Assembly (NCBI GenBank): GCA_964016885.1
Contig: OZ024744.1
Coordinates: 30,194,001-30,258,000 of the forward strand
Reading direction: 5' to 3'
From: Eledone cirrhosa
Lineage: Eukaryota
DNA length: 64,000 bases
Numbering within the stretch: the first letter of the stretch is position 1; every line of letters starts with the position of its first letter. Made by a program: the position numbers and the translations under genes. The notes beneath the pieces were generated by a model. The model worked only from the letters and a program-made list of their open reading frames with translations, was not told the origin of the DNA and ran no database searches. This document shows, piece by piece, positions 31,672 through 44,400 of the stretch.

Positions 31672-34600
31672 CTACAGCCGCATGACCAGAGTAGGCCCAC
31701 TCACACGGGCCATTCTCGCCACATTCACCCACCTTTCAGCAAATGTACTGCGGGGCAGCACTTCTCTCTCCACCCTAACCTTCCTTTCCAAGTGAAACTT
31801 GAAAAAGTTGATGAGGGATTGGCCGAAGAGAAAAGTGTCTGTCTTCAGTCCTTTCAACCTCGTTCACCATACAACCTCTTTCGCTACTGCCACCAGACAG
31901 AGGAAAATTGCCTGCCCTTCCTGGCCAAAAGAAGGCGGCAGGTCGATCTTCACTATGGACTCGGCCGATAGCCGGCTCCGTTCTACACGCGACAACAGCT
32001 GTTCAACATAACTCCACAAGTCAGTAATGCACGGACACTGGACGAGTGCGTGCAGAACGGTTTCGTCGCTCTGCGCGCATCTCGGGCAGGTCCGTCTGAC
32101 AGCACTTCCGTGCCTGTAGAGTTTATCTCGAACCGGTAGTGCCCCCGGTAGCACTTCCAAGCGAGGGGTTTTTGGAAATTATCCATCGTCCCCGGCTCGA
32201 ACGTCCTCCGGTACAGACTGGTTAGTTCGACTTCGTTGACTCCCACCACTAATCTTCTATAGAACTCGCGAGTGGAAGTTCCACTGACCGCATTGCCCGC
32301 CTGGTAGAGGGCAGTGAGTGCCTGACAACATTCCAGATGCCAGTCACTCAGTCTCGGTCTCTTTTTGACCCAGGACTGCAGCTCAGTCAAAGAAACGAGC
32401 TGCGGAAAGGCTCGTCTGACAAACGGCGACCACACCTGTTCACCGTTTAGGCAGAATATCTGGAGATGCCGCAGCCTCAGCGCGTGCCTGCGCATCATTA
32501 GCCACGGCATGCCCAGCCCTCCACGTAGAGGGTGCTAGCAGCAGATGGACCGCCTCACCAGCGGAACCTGACCCCTCCAAAAGAATTTGAAGAGGAGCCG
32601 CTCCAAGATGGTGAGGCGCGAACGGGGGCAAGGGACGACGGTCAGACGGTAGTAGATGACGGACGCGATGTACGCGTTCGCCACCTCCGCCCGACCTTTC
32701 AGTGATAGCTTCATCCCAGCCCATTTCTGAGTGAGACTGGCTACCCTGCCCGTCACCTCGTCCCAATTCTTATCCACCTGGAGGTCTGGCCCGAACCAAA
32801 CCCCGAGCAACTTTACCGGTCCCTCCGTCCAGCGCCTAACGACGCTGTTGGACGGCATGGACTTGACTATCCAGGTACCGAGTTGCAAGCCCACCGACTT
32901 TTCCGGATTAGGTTTTGCTCCCGTCAACCTTTCATATTCCTCCAATAAGTTGCCGACCACCTCGATTTCTGAGGTGTTCGACACCATCACGGTGATGTCG
33001 TCCGCATAAGCCGACACAGCCTTTCCGCGTCCCGGTTCGAGCGGGATGCCCTGCAACAGCTCTAGCTTCCGCAGTAAAGGCTCGAGAGTCAATACGTACA
33101 GAAGGGAGGAGAGATGGCACCCTTGACGTACCGATCCGGAGACCTGAAACGGTTCCGAGAGGTGGCCATTAATTTTGACCATCGAGCAGGTGCCGCTGTG
33201 CATTGCAGCGATCCAGCTTCTGAAGACGAGGCCGAAGCCAGCCGCCTTGAGGACAGCCTCCAGGTACCGATGGTCGACCCTATCGAAAGCTTTCGATTGA
33301 TCTAAATTGATCAGAGCCCCACCGAAGCCAGGTTTACACCCAACCCTCTCTATGATGTATCGCATTAGGTGGAGGTTGTCGTGTATGGACCTGGTTGGGA
33401 TTGCGCAAGTTTGCGCCTCCCCAATCAAATCCCCGACGACAAGCACCAACCTCTTCGCTAACACCCTGGCAAAAATCTTAAACTCTGTGTTGAGCAGAGT
33501 TATGGGCCTGAAATTGTCTAATGTGTCCCCCTTGTTCTCGTCTTTCCTTAGCCTCACTACGCCCCGGCTCACAGAACTGGGAATACTCCCGTTTTGCTGC
33601 CAGTTGCAGTAGAGGGCTTCGAGGAGATTGGAGAACAAGTCTGGCATATTTACGTAAAGCTCGTAGGGCAGACGATCCAAACCGGGTGACTTGCGCCTCA
33701 TGCAGCCGACAAGGGCATCCTGAATCTCGGCTGAAGTAATTGTCTTTTCGCAGCACCCAGCGTCAGCCGTCGAGAGTTTAGTCAAGCCATCGAGGTAGGG
33801 ACTGAAGTGCTCCACCATCTCTGACCCGCCACTTCCCCCGAACAACCGAGCAAAATGTTGGCGAAAGGCCTCACACATCCTCTTGGAATCGCTCAGCTCG
33901 TGCCCGTCTCGGTCCGTCAAAGACCGAATCGTGGTTTTATTACCACGCTGCGCCTCTGCCACGCGGGCCCATCGAACAGCTTTGGTTCCCTCGTTTCTCC
34001 GAGCACGCGCCTTAGCTCTGACAATGCAACCTTCGTGTTTCGCATTGAAGAAATGGTCTAATGCATTCTCGCTGCTAGCACGTCAGTTGCCATGCCACTA
34101 CCAATAGCCTAGTCTAACTTATCTACCAATTCCCCCTCCTTTCTATTTTTCTCTAATGCTACTTCTTCGCTAAACTCTATCGACATTACACTAATCTCTC
34201 TTTTGAGAGCCCCCCCCCCCCCATCTATTGTTGACGACACCCCCAGTCAACTTTTTCTTAATTAAATTGTTGACCTGGTCCCTGTAAGCCTTACGTGCCG
34301 GAAATGACATATTTAGCTTCCAGTAGCCAGGTCCTAACCTACGCGTCTTATCTAGGTCGACCATACAGATCACAAACTTGTGATCTGAATAAGCGACCGT
34401 TGCAAAACGTGGACAGCTTACACTATTTCTGTCTATTTTCCTAATGAATATCCTGTCTATATACGATCTAGATGACCCTATGCAGTTAGCCCAGGTCCAC
34501 ACTGGCGCATTAGGGAAATCTAGTCGGTACCTGTCAGACAGTTGGAACTGGCTGATCAGGTTCTTGAGGCTTTTGCACCCCCCGCTCCTATCGGATACTC

Positions 34601-35056
34601 CCACACAGTCCCAGCGTGCGTCTAAGATGCCGTTCCAGTGTCCCGCTAACAGTAAAGGGCGAGACGTGCCCAGAAAGTCTTCCAGGCGTCTAAAGAAGTC
34701 CGGCCGTCCTGCCCCAGTAGGAGTAGAGACGGCCACCAGTCTAAAGGCACCACCTTCATTATTGTTCACGTCCAGGACCACCAACTTCCCGTCCGGGTCC
34801 CGGAAGATCGACCTTACCTCGAGATCCAGGCCTTTCCTAAACAGCACTGCCACCCCGCCTCCCATTCCCGGCCGGCTAACAGATGCAAAGATCTGTTAAT
34901 CGTCGAAAATGGAAGTGCGCGCGTGTCGGAAATCCTGGTCTCGCTGACGGCAATTACATCCATTTCTATAGACCTGAGGTCGTTGAGCAGGTGATCCTGC
35001 TTCCAGGACGATCCCAGGCCTCGAACATTTAAACATCCTACTCTTAATACGGCCAT
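31672..35056 (-). pseudogene. LINE ORF2 (APE endonuclease, RT, C-terminal zinc finger), several frameshifts/stops
   Basis: CLNVRGL..SET, YIDRIF..SDH, WKLN; [37 protein letters not shown]; CPRC..ETVLHALVQC. Confidence 0.92.
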
Positions 35057-35087
35057 GTTGGCAGGTTAAAAAGAGAGAGAGGAAGGT

Positions 35088-37072
35088 TTACTTACCTTCC
35101 GGGCTCTTGTGAAGGTCGGGTTGTTCGACCTCCACAGTTGGTGGGGTTTCTTTTGGGAACCCCTTTAAAAGTCTTGAAGTGGGTTTTACGTTCGGGGTTC
35201 CCACGTCCCGAGGAAAGCTGTCTCGTATTTCTTTGAATATATCGAGCGACATTCGCACCAGAACCAAATCTTCTGGCACGCGAAATGTGCTCGATTTAAA
35301 AATTTTCCCCTCTTTTTGTATATTTTCACTTCGTGCTACGAGGGCCATCAGTTCCTTGTTGGCCCTCCTGACGAGCACGAAGTTTTGTATGTTTTGTTGG
35401 TGTGATTTTATTTGTTTGCGTGACTGTGGTGGTGATGGTTTTGGTAGTGTTGTTTCGGTTGTGTCTGTGTTTGTTGTGAGTGCGGTGTCTGTGGTTTCAG
35501 ATGTTTGTGTGTATATTTGTTCTTGCGTCTGTTTCGGTTGTTTGCGTTTGGGGAATTCTGGTGATGGTGATGGTGGTGTTGATGTTGGTGTTATTGGAGA
35601 GATGTTTGCATGGGTGGTGTCTGCGTTTTTATTGTGGGTGCTTTTGTGCTTTGTTGAGTTTTTTTTTTTTCTTTTTGTGTTTCCTTTTTTGTATTTTGGG
35701 TGATTTGGGATTTCCCTCATTTTCACTACTGGTAGATGAGGGGTCTGTGTCTGTAAGTGTGTCTGTATGTATGTTTAAGGTTTTATTGGTGTGTGTATTT
35801 TTAGAGGGAGGGTGAATTTGACAGCTTTCCTCGTTTCCCCCCTGGGTGGTCAATGTTGGTGGTGGTTTTTCTATTGGTGTTGTTGTTGGTGGTTTTGCCG
35901 GTGCTGGTGTTGGTTGTGGTCCTCGCCCCGGCGTCGGCAGCAGTGGAGCTTTTCGACCCCTTGCCTCTTTCAGCAGTTGAGGGCAGAAGGCTCGCAAATG
36001 GGTTTTTCCCCCACAAACAAAACATTGCGGCCTTTTGCCTTCGGTCATAATGGGAATGACCGTCCCATTCTGAAGGCGGATGTGGTCCGGGATTGTCTTC
36101 ACATTCTCAGGCCTGATCTGGAGAAGGATCTCCAGGTCAACCCCGCACCAGTCCTCTCTGGCCGTTCTGGTCACTTCTATAGGGACGGTATCCGTCCCCT
36201 CCACAATCACACATCCCAGAAGCCACTACATGTCAAGTCCTGGTGGGATTCTGGGAATGCGGAGCCGGGCCGTTCTTTTTCCCATGTGGGAGGGGTACAT
36301 TATGACCTTGCTGGTTTTGCAAGGAGTCATAGCGTGTTTCATAGCGAGGGCTTCTGACTTGAACAACACCGAAATGGTGCCGTACCGTCTGCCCCTCTCT
36401 ATGTATTCGGTGTCTTCTCTGATGCACCTCAGCGCGACTTGGACATCTTCTTGTGGGATTAAAGCTGCCCTTTTGGTTTGTGCTGAGATGCATCTATAAT
36501 GCACATTTCTGCGCTCCACTGCCCCAATAGTTTCTACCGGGACAGTTAAGTTGGCCCAGGTTTGCTCTTGCTTGATGAGCTTCCATGCCTGGGCCAACTT
36601 TTCCTCTTTGTTTGAGAGGTTCATGTTGAAGCATGGCCTCTTTTTTGCTGCTGCCGCAGCGAAAGTGTTCTTCTTGTTTTCGTAGGGGGTGTTGTTGTCG
36701 TTGTCGTTGTTCTTGTTGGTGTTGTTGTTATCACTGTCGTTGTTATCATTGTTGTCTTTGTTGCCACCATTGTTCTCGGTGCAGTTGGTATTGTTGGTGT
36801 TGATGTTGTCGCTATTTGTTTTCATGTTAGTGGTGTTGATATTGTTGTTGCATTTGTCATTTTTTTTTGTTATCTGTATTTTCGTTGTCGCTGTTACTGT
36901 CATTTTTTTCAAAATTAGAGTTCTCATTGGTATCATTGGTGTCTTTGTTTACATTGTTTGTGGTGGTGTTTGTGTTATCAATGTGTGTTAATTTCGCTGT
37001 AGCGCTCCTCTCAACTTCTACGTCGTTGTCGCACGACAGCAGACATATCGCTGGAGGGCGTGGCTCAGCCAT
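35088..37072 (-). pseudogene. LINE ORF1 (Asn/Thr-rich N-terminus, CCHC zinc knuckle), frameshifted
   Basis: MAEPRP.. start, FAAAA, CFVCGGKTHLRAFC knuckle; pieces 36857-37141, 36226-36936, 35629-36210, 35088-35726. Confidence 0.75.
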
Positions 37073-37279
37073 GTTTTTTTTTCTCCGTAAATTTTTTTTA
37101 ACATGTAAAAAGAGTTCAAATATTTGGGCCAAAAGGCCCAAATATTATACTTTCCCCTTCACGGGGCAAAGTCTAAGGGCTTATATCCCTTACACAACAA
37201 GAAATATTTCACAACAAATAATTTAAACAGGAAAATAAAGCGACTTACTTGGAGCGAGAAAAATATGTCCGCTTAGACC

Positions 37280-37338
<59 letters not shown>

Positions 37339-37353
37339 TAATAATAATAATAA

Positions 37354-38136
37354 GAGACCTTAAAAAGGCTACAGAAGGAATGCTAATGGCTGCGCAAGAG
37401 CAGGCACTCAAAACGAAGTGGGTGAAACACCATATTTACAAGGAGGAGGCTAGCTCACTGTGTAGGATCTGTGGAGAGAGAGAGAGGAGACTGTGGCTCA
37501 CATTGTATCCGAGTGTAAACACCTAGCCCAGACTCACTATAAAGGCTGGAGACATGATGTGATGGGCAGGGTGATCCACTGGCATCTATGCAATGTAAAC
37601 AATTTACCACCTTCTGAGAAGTGGTATGAGCATAAGCCAGAGTCGGTGATAGAAAACGATCAGGTGAAGGTGCTGTGAGATTTTAGGATACAGACGGACT
37701 AGAAACTGGAACACAATAGGCCTGACCTGGTGGTTTTGGACAAGGAAAAAATATCGTGCCTTATTGTGGATGTGGCCTGCCCATTCGACACGAGAGTGCA
37801 AGAGAAGGAGAGGGAGAAAATTAACCGATACCAGGACTTAAAGTGGGAGTTAAAAAGGATTTGGAACTGCCATGAAGTCAAGGTCGTCCTGATTGTCATA
37901 GGAGCACTAGGTACTATCTCAAAGAGTTTCCAAGGATGGTTAAAGAAGATTAGTCCAGCCCCGCTTTGTGGAACACTTCAAAAGGCATGCTTGCTGGGAA
38001 CAGCAAGAACCCTCCGATACGTCCTGAATATCTGAGGCTGCAGGTAGTGGCTTGATATTCATTTCAACAAACTTTCCAGTTAAATAACATCAATGACTGA
38101 GACTCAAAGAACAATAATAATAATAATAATAATAAT
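37354..38136 (+). mobile_element. 3' fragment of an R4/Dong-clade LINE (CCHC plus restriction-like endonuclease) with (AAT)n tail
   Basis: AAQEQAL, CRICG..ET..HIVSEC, RHD, WYEHKP..EN, RPDLV..IVDVACP..EK..Y.DL, VIGALG, LQKACLLGTA; frameshift and stops present. Confidence 0.9.
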
Positions 38137-38355
38137 GAGTAGGAACGAGGTGTGTCGCGCGTTTCACGATCGATCAGCTCAAGGTACGATCAGTATCGAT
38201 CGTGCCCGACTTTGGAATCGATAGCTCATGAGACTCATGGTTTCCCTAACGACAGGGGACATCTATGTAGTGTTAAGCAGATTAAGGCATTGCCGGTTCA
38301 CACTACTGGGGGAATAATAATAACTTAACGTTACACACCATTAAACTATATATAT

Positions 38356-38880
38356 ACTAGCCGAATTATCCACGCCTTGCTGCGTTTTACACATTTTTTT
38401 TTGTAAGAATATGATGATTGATTTTAAATCAGTGATATAATTCATGGAGAAAAACTCTGCATTTCAATATTACTCAATGTAAAATGTAATGCATGAAAAA
38501 TTGGGAAACATTATTTTTTGTAATATATCAAATCAAAATTACATTATTAAGTATTATTCTTATTTTGTTTCTTGTAAATAATTTTCTTTTAAATATCAAT
38601 TTAAAACTTTTGTAAATAGGCATCATATCTTGTGATTTACCTATGGGTTAAATTTCATATAAATCGAAGGGAAAACATTTGCAGCGAGGGGTTTGTGCCC
38701 ATGGGGGACAACTACCCTCCCGGGAACCCTTTGATTAATATGAAATATACTTATCCAAGTACCCTGGGCAATGTAGTTTCAGAATATATATGGTTATGGG
38801 GGTCTATCTCCAAAATCATAGGAGGAGTTCGTGAACAAACAAAAAAACAAACAAACAGACAGGAATACAATTTAATATAT

Positions 38881-38886
<6 letters not shown>
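38356..38886 (+). mobile_element. Probable non-autonomous Helitron/Helentron-type element
   Basis: Starts ACTAG..CCACGCCTTGCTGCG and ends GGAGGAGTTCGTGAACAAAC..ACAGACAG..ATATATA, a layout resembling DINE-1/HINE elements; single copy here. Confidence 0.4.
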
Positions 38887-38938
<52 letters not shown>

Positions 38939-39188
38939 GGGGGAGGTTAGTCAGTTGCTATGCAATAACTTATAAAATTTGGGTAAAGACTCTTAGAGAC
39001 TGACAAAAGTGTCAGTAGCCGCTACGAAGAATCGAACTCCGTACTTTCCAATTGAGTTAAGGGACCCCTAACAACATCTTGCCGTCTAAACTAAGGAGCT
39101 GAATCAAACAGCTTTTGAAATTATAAACAAACGTCGTGTATAATGTTCGAACTTTCGAAGTTACTAAGCGCTGGGGAAATAACTTTAT

Positions 39189-39396
39189 AAGATGTAGGAT
39201 GCTCACAAGATGTAGGATGCTCACAAGATGTAGGATGTTCACAAGATGTAGGATGTTCACAAGATGTAGGTTGCTCAGAAGATGTCAGATGCTCACAAGA
39301 TGTAGGATGCTCAGAAGATGTCAGATATTCAGAAGATGAAGGATGCTCGGATGATGGAGGATGCTCACAAGATGTAGGATGTTCACAAGATGTAGG
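39189..39396. repeat. 18-bp minisatellite (AGATGTAGGATGCTCACA), about 11 units
   Basis: Direct inspection. Confidence 0.92.
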
Positions 39397-40939
39397 AAAC
39401 ACCGATTATCTAAGCCTTATTTATGGAATATTCTACTGCAAGGTTTTAACGCAGGGTGCAGAGTTTTGAAACAAACGAATATTGCAAAGCATTCTATCCA
39501 ACGTTCTAACGACTCTACCTCACCGCCATTGAGGTGTTTATAATGCTGCTATGAAATATCCGAGATTGGAATGATATTAAAATAGATAACCTTGTGTCAT
39601 TTAGTTACATCCTTTTACGTTCTGAGTTCAAATCTTGCCTGAGTCGGACTGGGGTGGGTGGATACAATATTTTTAAAAGGAGAAAAAATTACAAAAAAAG
39701 TAAGATAATAAAAAGAATAAAAATAAACAATGATAGAAATAACTAAATATTTCTAAATTCCAATCCTTGCCACCATCCTTACGAGGCCGAGAATGTAAAC
39801 TATCTAGTCTACAGAATATCCCCCACCCACTCCGTTCACGGGGATCGAGAATGTAAAGTACTAGGATCAATGTAACATTCCTATAATGTATCATGAATGA
39901 AATTTTATTCAACAAATTTCAAATAAATTACGTTTTCATTAAAACTAAATCAGAAGAATAAATAAATGTAAGGAAAGTTGGGAGGGAGCACTCTCTACAC
40001 CTTTATTTCAGCTGCATCCCGCGAACAAAATGGTGAAGGACGACCAGCGATACCTGCTGCATCAGCCACTCATTTTACAGGCTGGATATACTCTTCCCAA
40101 TTTTGTGGAAGAAAACGGCATTTCATGGACCGAGGAGGATATTAGATGTCTCTCCGGCGACTGACACCGACAGGAAGTGGTCAATATATTCTCCCGATAT
40201 TTGGTTATCACTCTCTCCTCAGCCGAGAAAGAAGAAGAAAGGAAGGAAAAAGAGAAAGAAATAGATTAAAATATGAAAAGAAAGGGAGAAGGAGCAAAAG
40301 TAAAAAATGTAGAAAATGAGACAAAAAAAAAACGCACAAAGACTAAAATGAAAGAAAGAATAATTTCTCATTGACCCTGAGTTGTTTTACATTTAATCCT
40401 GTATGTCATTTGTACATGTATGTTGAATATAGAATTATATCATAGAAATAAATTATTAAAATATATTTATATCTAATCACTTCTACGTGTCAGTAATCAA
40501 TATATAGTGTTTCTTTTAAGCAAACCATAAATTTGTCAAAGCACGAATTTCCCAATTTGCATGTTTTTTTCTCTCCCTATATCCAGGTATGGCCTCTAAA
40601 TATTAAATATTTTCAACGCTATTGCCATAAATACTGACGGTTCTGGTTCTCTAGTTTATATTTAAATAAATGTGTAAACAAATGAAATTGCTAACAATAA
40701 AATACAATTAACAGAATTCTCCAACATGGGCAGCATTACTCAGGAGTAGTTAAGGAACCTCGCAGATCCTAAACAACCCTGACCGCCATGAGGACCATAG
40801 AAAGGTGAACACTCCTCACTGAACTATCTCGCCTATGGTCAGAATCCCCCCCCCCCACCCGCCTCTATCAGTGGGTCCGTTACATTCAGTCACCTGTTAA
40901 CAAATGTACTGGGGATGAGGACGAGGCAGCGCTTCTCTC

Positions 40940-41045
40940 TCAATTGCCACCTTCCTTTTCACGTAGAACTTGAAAAGGTTGATGAGAGATTGACCAAAGA
41001 GGAAAGTGCCTCTTTCGCTACAGCCACCAGATAGAGGAAAACTGC
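40940..41045 (-). mobile_element. Diverged fragment of the same L1/Tx1 family 3' region
   Basis: CTTCCTTT..AACTTGAAAAGGTTGATGAG.GATTG.CC.AAGAG matches 31779-31840, then CAGA.AGAGGAAAA matches ~31893-31908. Confidence 0.6.
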
Positions 41046-41439
41046 AGCTCTTTCAGGGAACGAAGGAAAAAAAAACAAACTAAATAGAGAAAGAAATCTT
41101 TTTCTTTCATTTTCTTTTTATTTTGTTGAGTTTCTTTAGATCCTGTGTTGTGTGGGAGAATACAGAAACAAAACACTATTAAACGGGACAAAAAAAAACA
41201 GAAAATAAGAAAAGAAAACATAATCAAGCCACAAAAGAAAGAGCGAGAGAGAGACATTAACGCCCCAGTCTGAACAGTGTTTCAGCTGCTCCCTGCGGAC
41301 AAAATAACAGACATATTACTAAGGAGAATGGACAGAGAGACTCACCACAGCTACCCAACCTCACTAGTCTCCTTCCTCAAGCAGGCTACTGTATTGCCGT
41401 TTTCGGGGGAAATCAGCAGTGCGAGAATAAAGGACATCT

Positions 41440-44400
41440 GAGGTCTCCACTGAGACAGGTACAAAGAGGAAGTGGTCAGTCAGGTCCCAGTATTCAGCTA
41501 GCTTCCTCTCCTCTGTGGTAATGTGGGGACCAAGGACATCAGAGGTCTTCCTCACCTCTGTGGTAATGTGAGGAGCAAGGATACCAAAGGTCTTCCTCTC
41601 CTCTGTGGTAATGTGGGCAGCAAGAACATTAGAGGACTTCTTCTCTGGGGAAATATGGGGACCAAGGACACCAGAGGTCTTCTTCTCCTCTGTGGTAATG
41701 TGGGGACCAAGGACACCAGAGGTCTCCACTGAGACAGGTACAAAGATGAAGTGGTCAGTCAGGTCCCAGTAGTTAACTATCTTCCTCTCCTCTGGGGTAA
41801 TGTGGGGGACCAAGGACACCAGACGTCTCCACTGAGAAAGGTACAAAGAGTAGAGTAAGTGGTCAGTCAGGTCCCAGTATTCAGATAGCTTCCTCTCCTC
41901 TGTGGTAATGTGGGGACCAAGGACACCAGAGGTCTTCTTCTCCTCTGTGGTAATATGGGGACCAAGGACACCAGAGGTCTTCCTCTCCTCTGTCGTAATA
42001 TGGGGACCAAGCACACCAGAGGTCTTCCTCAACACTGGGGTGATGTGGGGACCAAGGACACTAGAAGTCTTCCTCTCCTCTGTGGTAATATGGGGACCAA
42101 GGACACTAGAAGTCTTCTTCTCTGTGGTAAAATGGGGACAAAGGCAGAGGAGAAGAAGACCTTTGGTGTCCTTGGTCCCCACATTACCACAGAGGAGAGG
42201 AAGCTATCTGAATACTGGAACCTGACTGACCACTTACTCTTTGTACCTTTCTCAGTGGAGACGTCTGGTGTCCTTGGTCCCCCACATTACCCCAGAGGAG
42301 AGGAAGATAGTTAACTACTGGCACCTGACTGACCACTTCATCTTTGTACCTGTCTCAGTGGAGACCTCTGGTGTCCTTGATCCCCACATTACCACAGAGG
42401 AGAAGAAGACCTCTGGTGTCCTTGGTCCCCATATTTCCCCAGCGAAGAAGTCCTCTAATGTTCTTGCTGCCCACATTACCACAGAGGAGAGGAAGACCTT
42501 TGGTGTCCTTGCTCCTCACATTACCACAGAGGTGAGGAAGACCTCTGATGCCCTTGGTCCCCACATTACCAGAGAGGAGAGGAAGCTAGCTGAATACTGG
42601 GACCTGACTGACCACTTCCTCTTTGTACCTGTCTCAGTGGAGACCTCTGGTGTCCTTGGTCCCAAAAATACCACAGCGATTAGGAAGACCTCTGGTGTCC
42701 TTGGTCCCCATATTACCACAGAGGAGAGGAAGACAGCTGGTGTCCTTGGTCCCCACCTTACCACAGAGAAGAGGACCTCTGGTGTCCGTGGTTCCCACCT
42801 TATCTCAGAGGAGAAGAAGACCTCTGGTGTCATTGGTCCCCACCTTACGACAGAGAAGAGGACTTCTGGTGTCCGAGGTACCCACCTTATCACAGAGGAG
42901 AAGAAGAGCTCTGGTGTCCTTTATCCCCACATTACCACAGAGGAGAAGGCCACTGGTGTCCTAGGTACCCATATTACCACAGAGAAGAGGAAGTTAGTTA
43001 ACTACTGGGACCTGACTGACCACTTCCTCTTTGTACCTATCTCAGTGGAGACCTCTGGTGTCCTTTGTCCACACATTACTAAAGAGGAGAAGACCTTTGG
43101 TGTCCTTAGTCCTACAAGGTGAAACATCTGGTGTCCTCGGTCCCCACATTACCACAGAGGAGAGGAAGACTTCTGGTGTCCTTGGTCATCACATTACCAC
43201 AGAGGAGAGGACCTCTGGTGTCCTTGGTCCCCATATTACCAACGAGGAGAGGAAGAAATCTGGTGTCCTTGGTCATCACATTACCACAGAGGAGAGGACC
43301 TCTGGTGTCCTTGGTCCCCATATTACCAATGAGGAGAGGAAGAAATCTGGTGTCCTTGGTCCTCACATTACAACAGAGGAGACGACCTCTGGTGTCCTTG
43401 GTCCCCATATTACCAATGAGGAGAGGAAGAACTCTGGTGTCCTTGGTCCTCACATTACCACAGAGGAGACGACCTCTGGTGTCCTTGGTCCCCATATTAC
43501 TACAGAGAAGACCTCAGGTCTCCTTGGTCTTCATATTACCACAGAGAAGTCCTCTGGAGTCCTTGGTCCTCATATTACTACAGAGGAGAAGACCTCTGTG
43601 TCCTTGGTCCCCTTATTACTACAGAGGAGAAGACCTCTGATGTCCTTTATTCCCATATTACTACAGAGGAGAAGACTTCTGTTGTCCTTGGTCCCCAGAT
43701 TACAACAGAGGAGAGAAAGACCTCTCGTGTGCTTGGTCCCCATATTACCACAGAGCAGAGAACATCTGGTGTCGTTGGTTCCCACTTTACAGCAGAGGAG
43801 AGAAGACCTTTGGTATCCTTGGTACCCACATTACCACAGAGGAGAAGACCTCTGGTGTCTTTGGTCCACACAAAACCACGGATGAGAGGAGATCTGGTGT
43901 TCTTGTTCCCCATATTACCACAGAAGAGAAAACCTCTGCTGTCCTTGGTCCTCATATTTCTTCAGAGGAGAAGACCTCTGGTGTCCTTGGACCACACATT
44001 ACCACAGAGGAGAAAACCTCTGGTGGCCTTGGTCCCCACATTACCACAGAGGAGAGGAAGACCTCTGGTGTCCTGGGTCCCCACATTACCACAGAGGAGA
44101 GGAAGACCTCTGGTGTCCTGGGTCCCCACATTACCACAGAGGAGAGGAAGACCTCTGGTGTCCTTGGTCCGTATATTACCACAGAGGAGAGGAACTCTGA
44201 TGTCCTTCGTCCCCGCATTACCACAGAGGAGAGGACCTCTTGTTTTCTTGGTTCCCACATTAACAGTGAGGAGAGGACCTCTGGTGTCCTTGGTCCCCCT
44301 ATTACCACTGAGGAGAAGAAGACCTCTGGTGTCCTTGGTCCCCACCTTACCACAGAGAAGAGGACCTCTGGTGTCTGTGGTTCCCACCTTATCACAGAGG

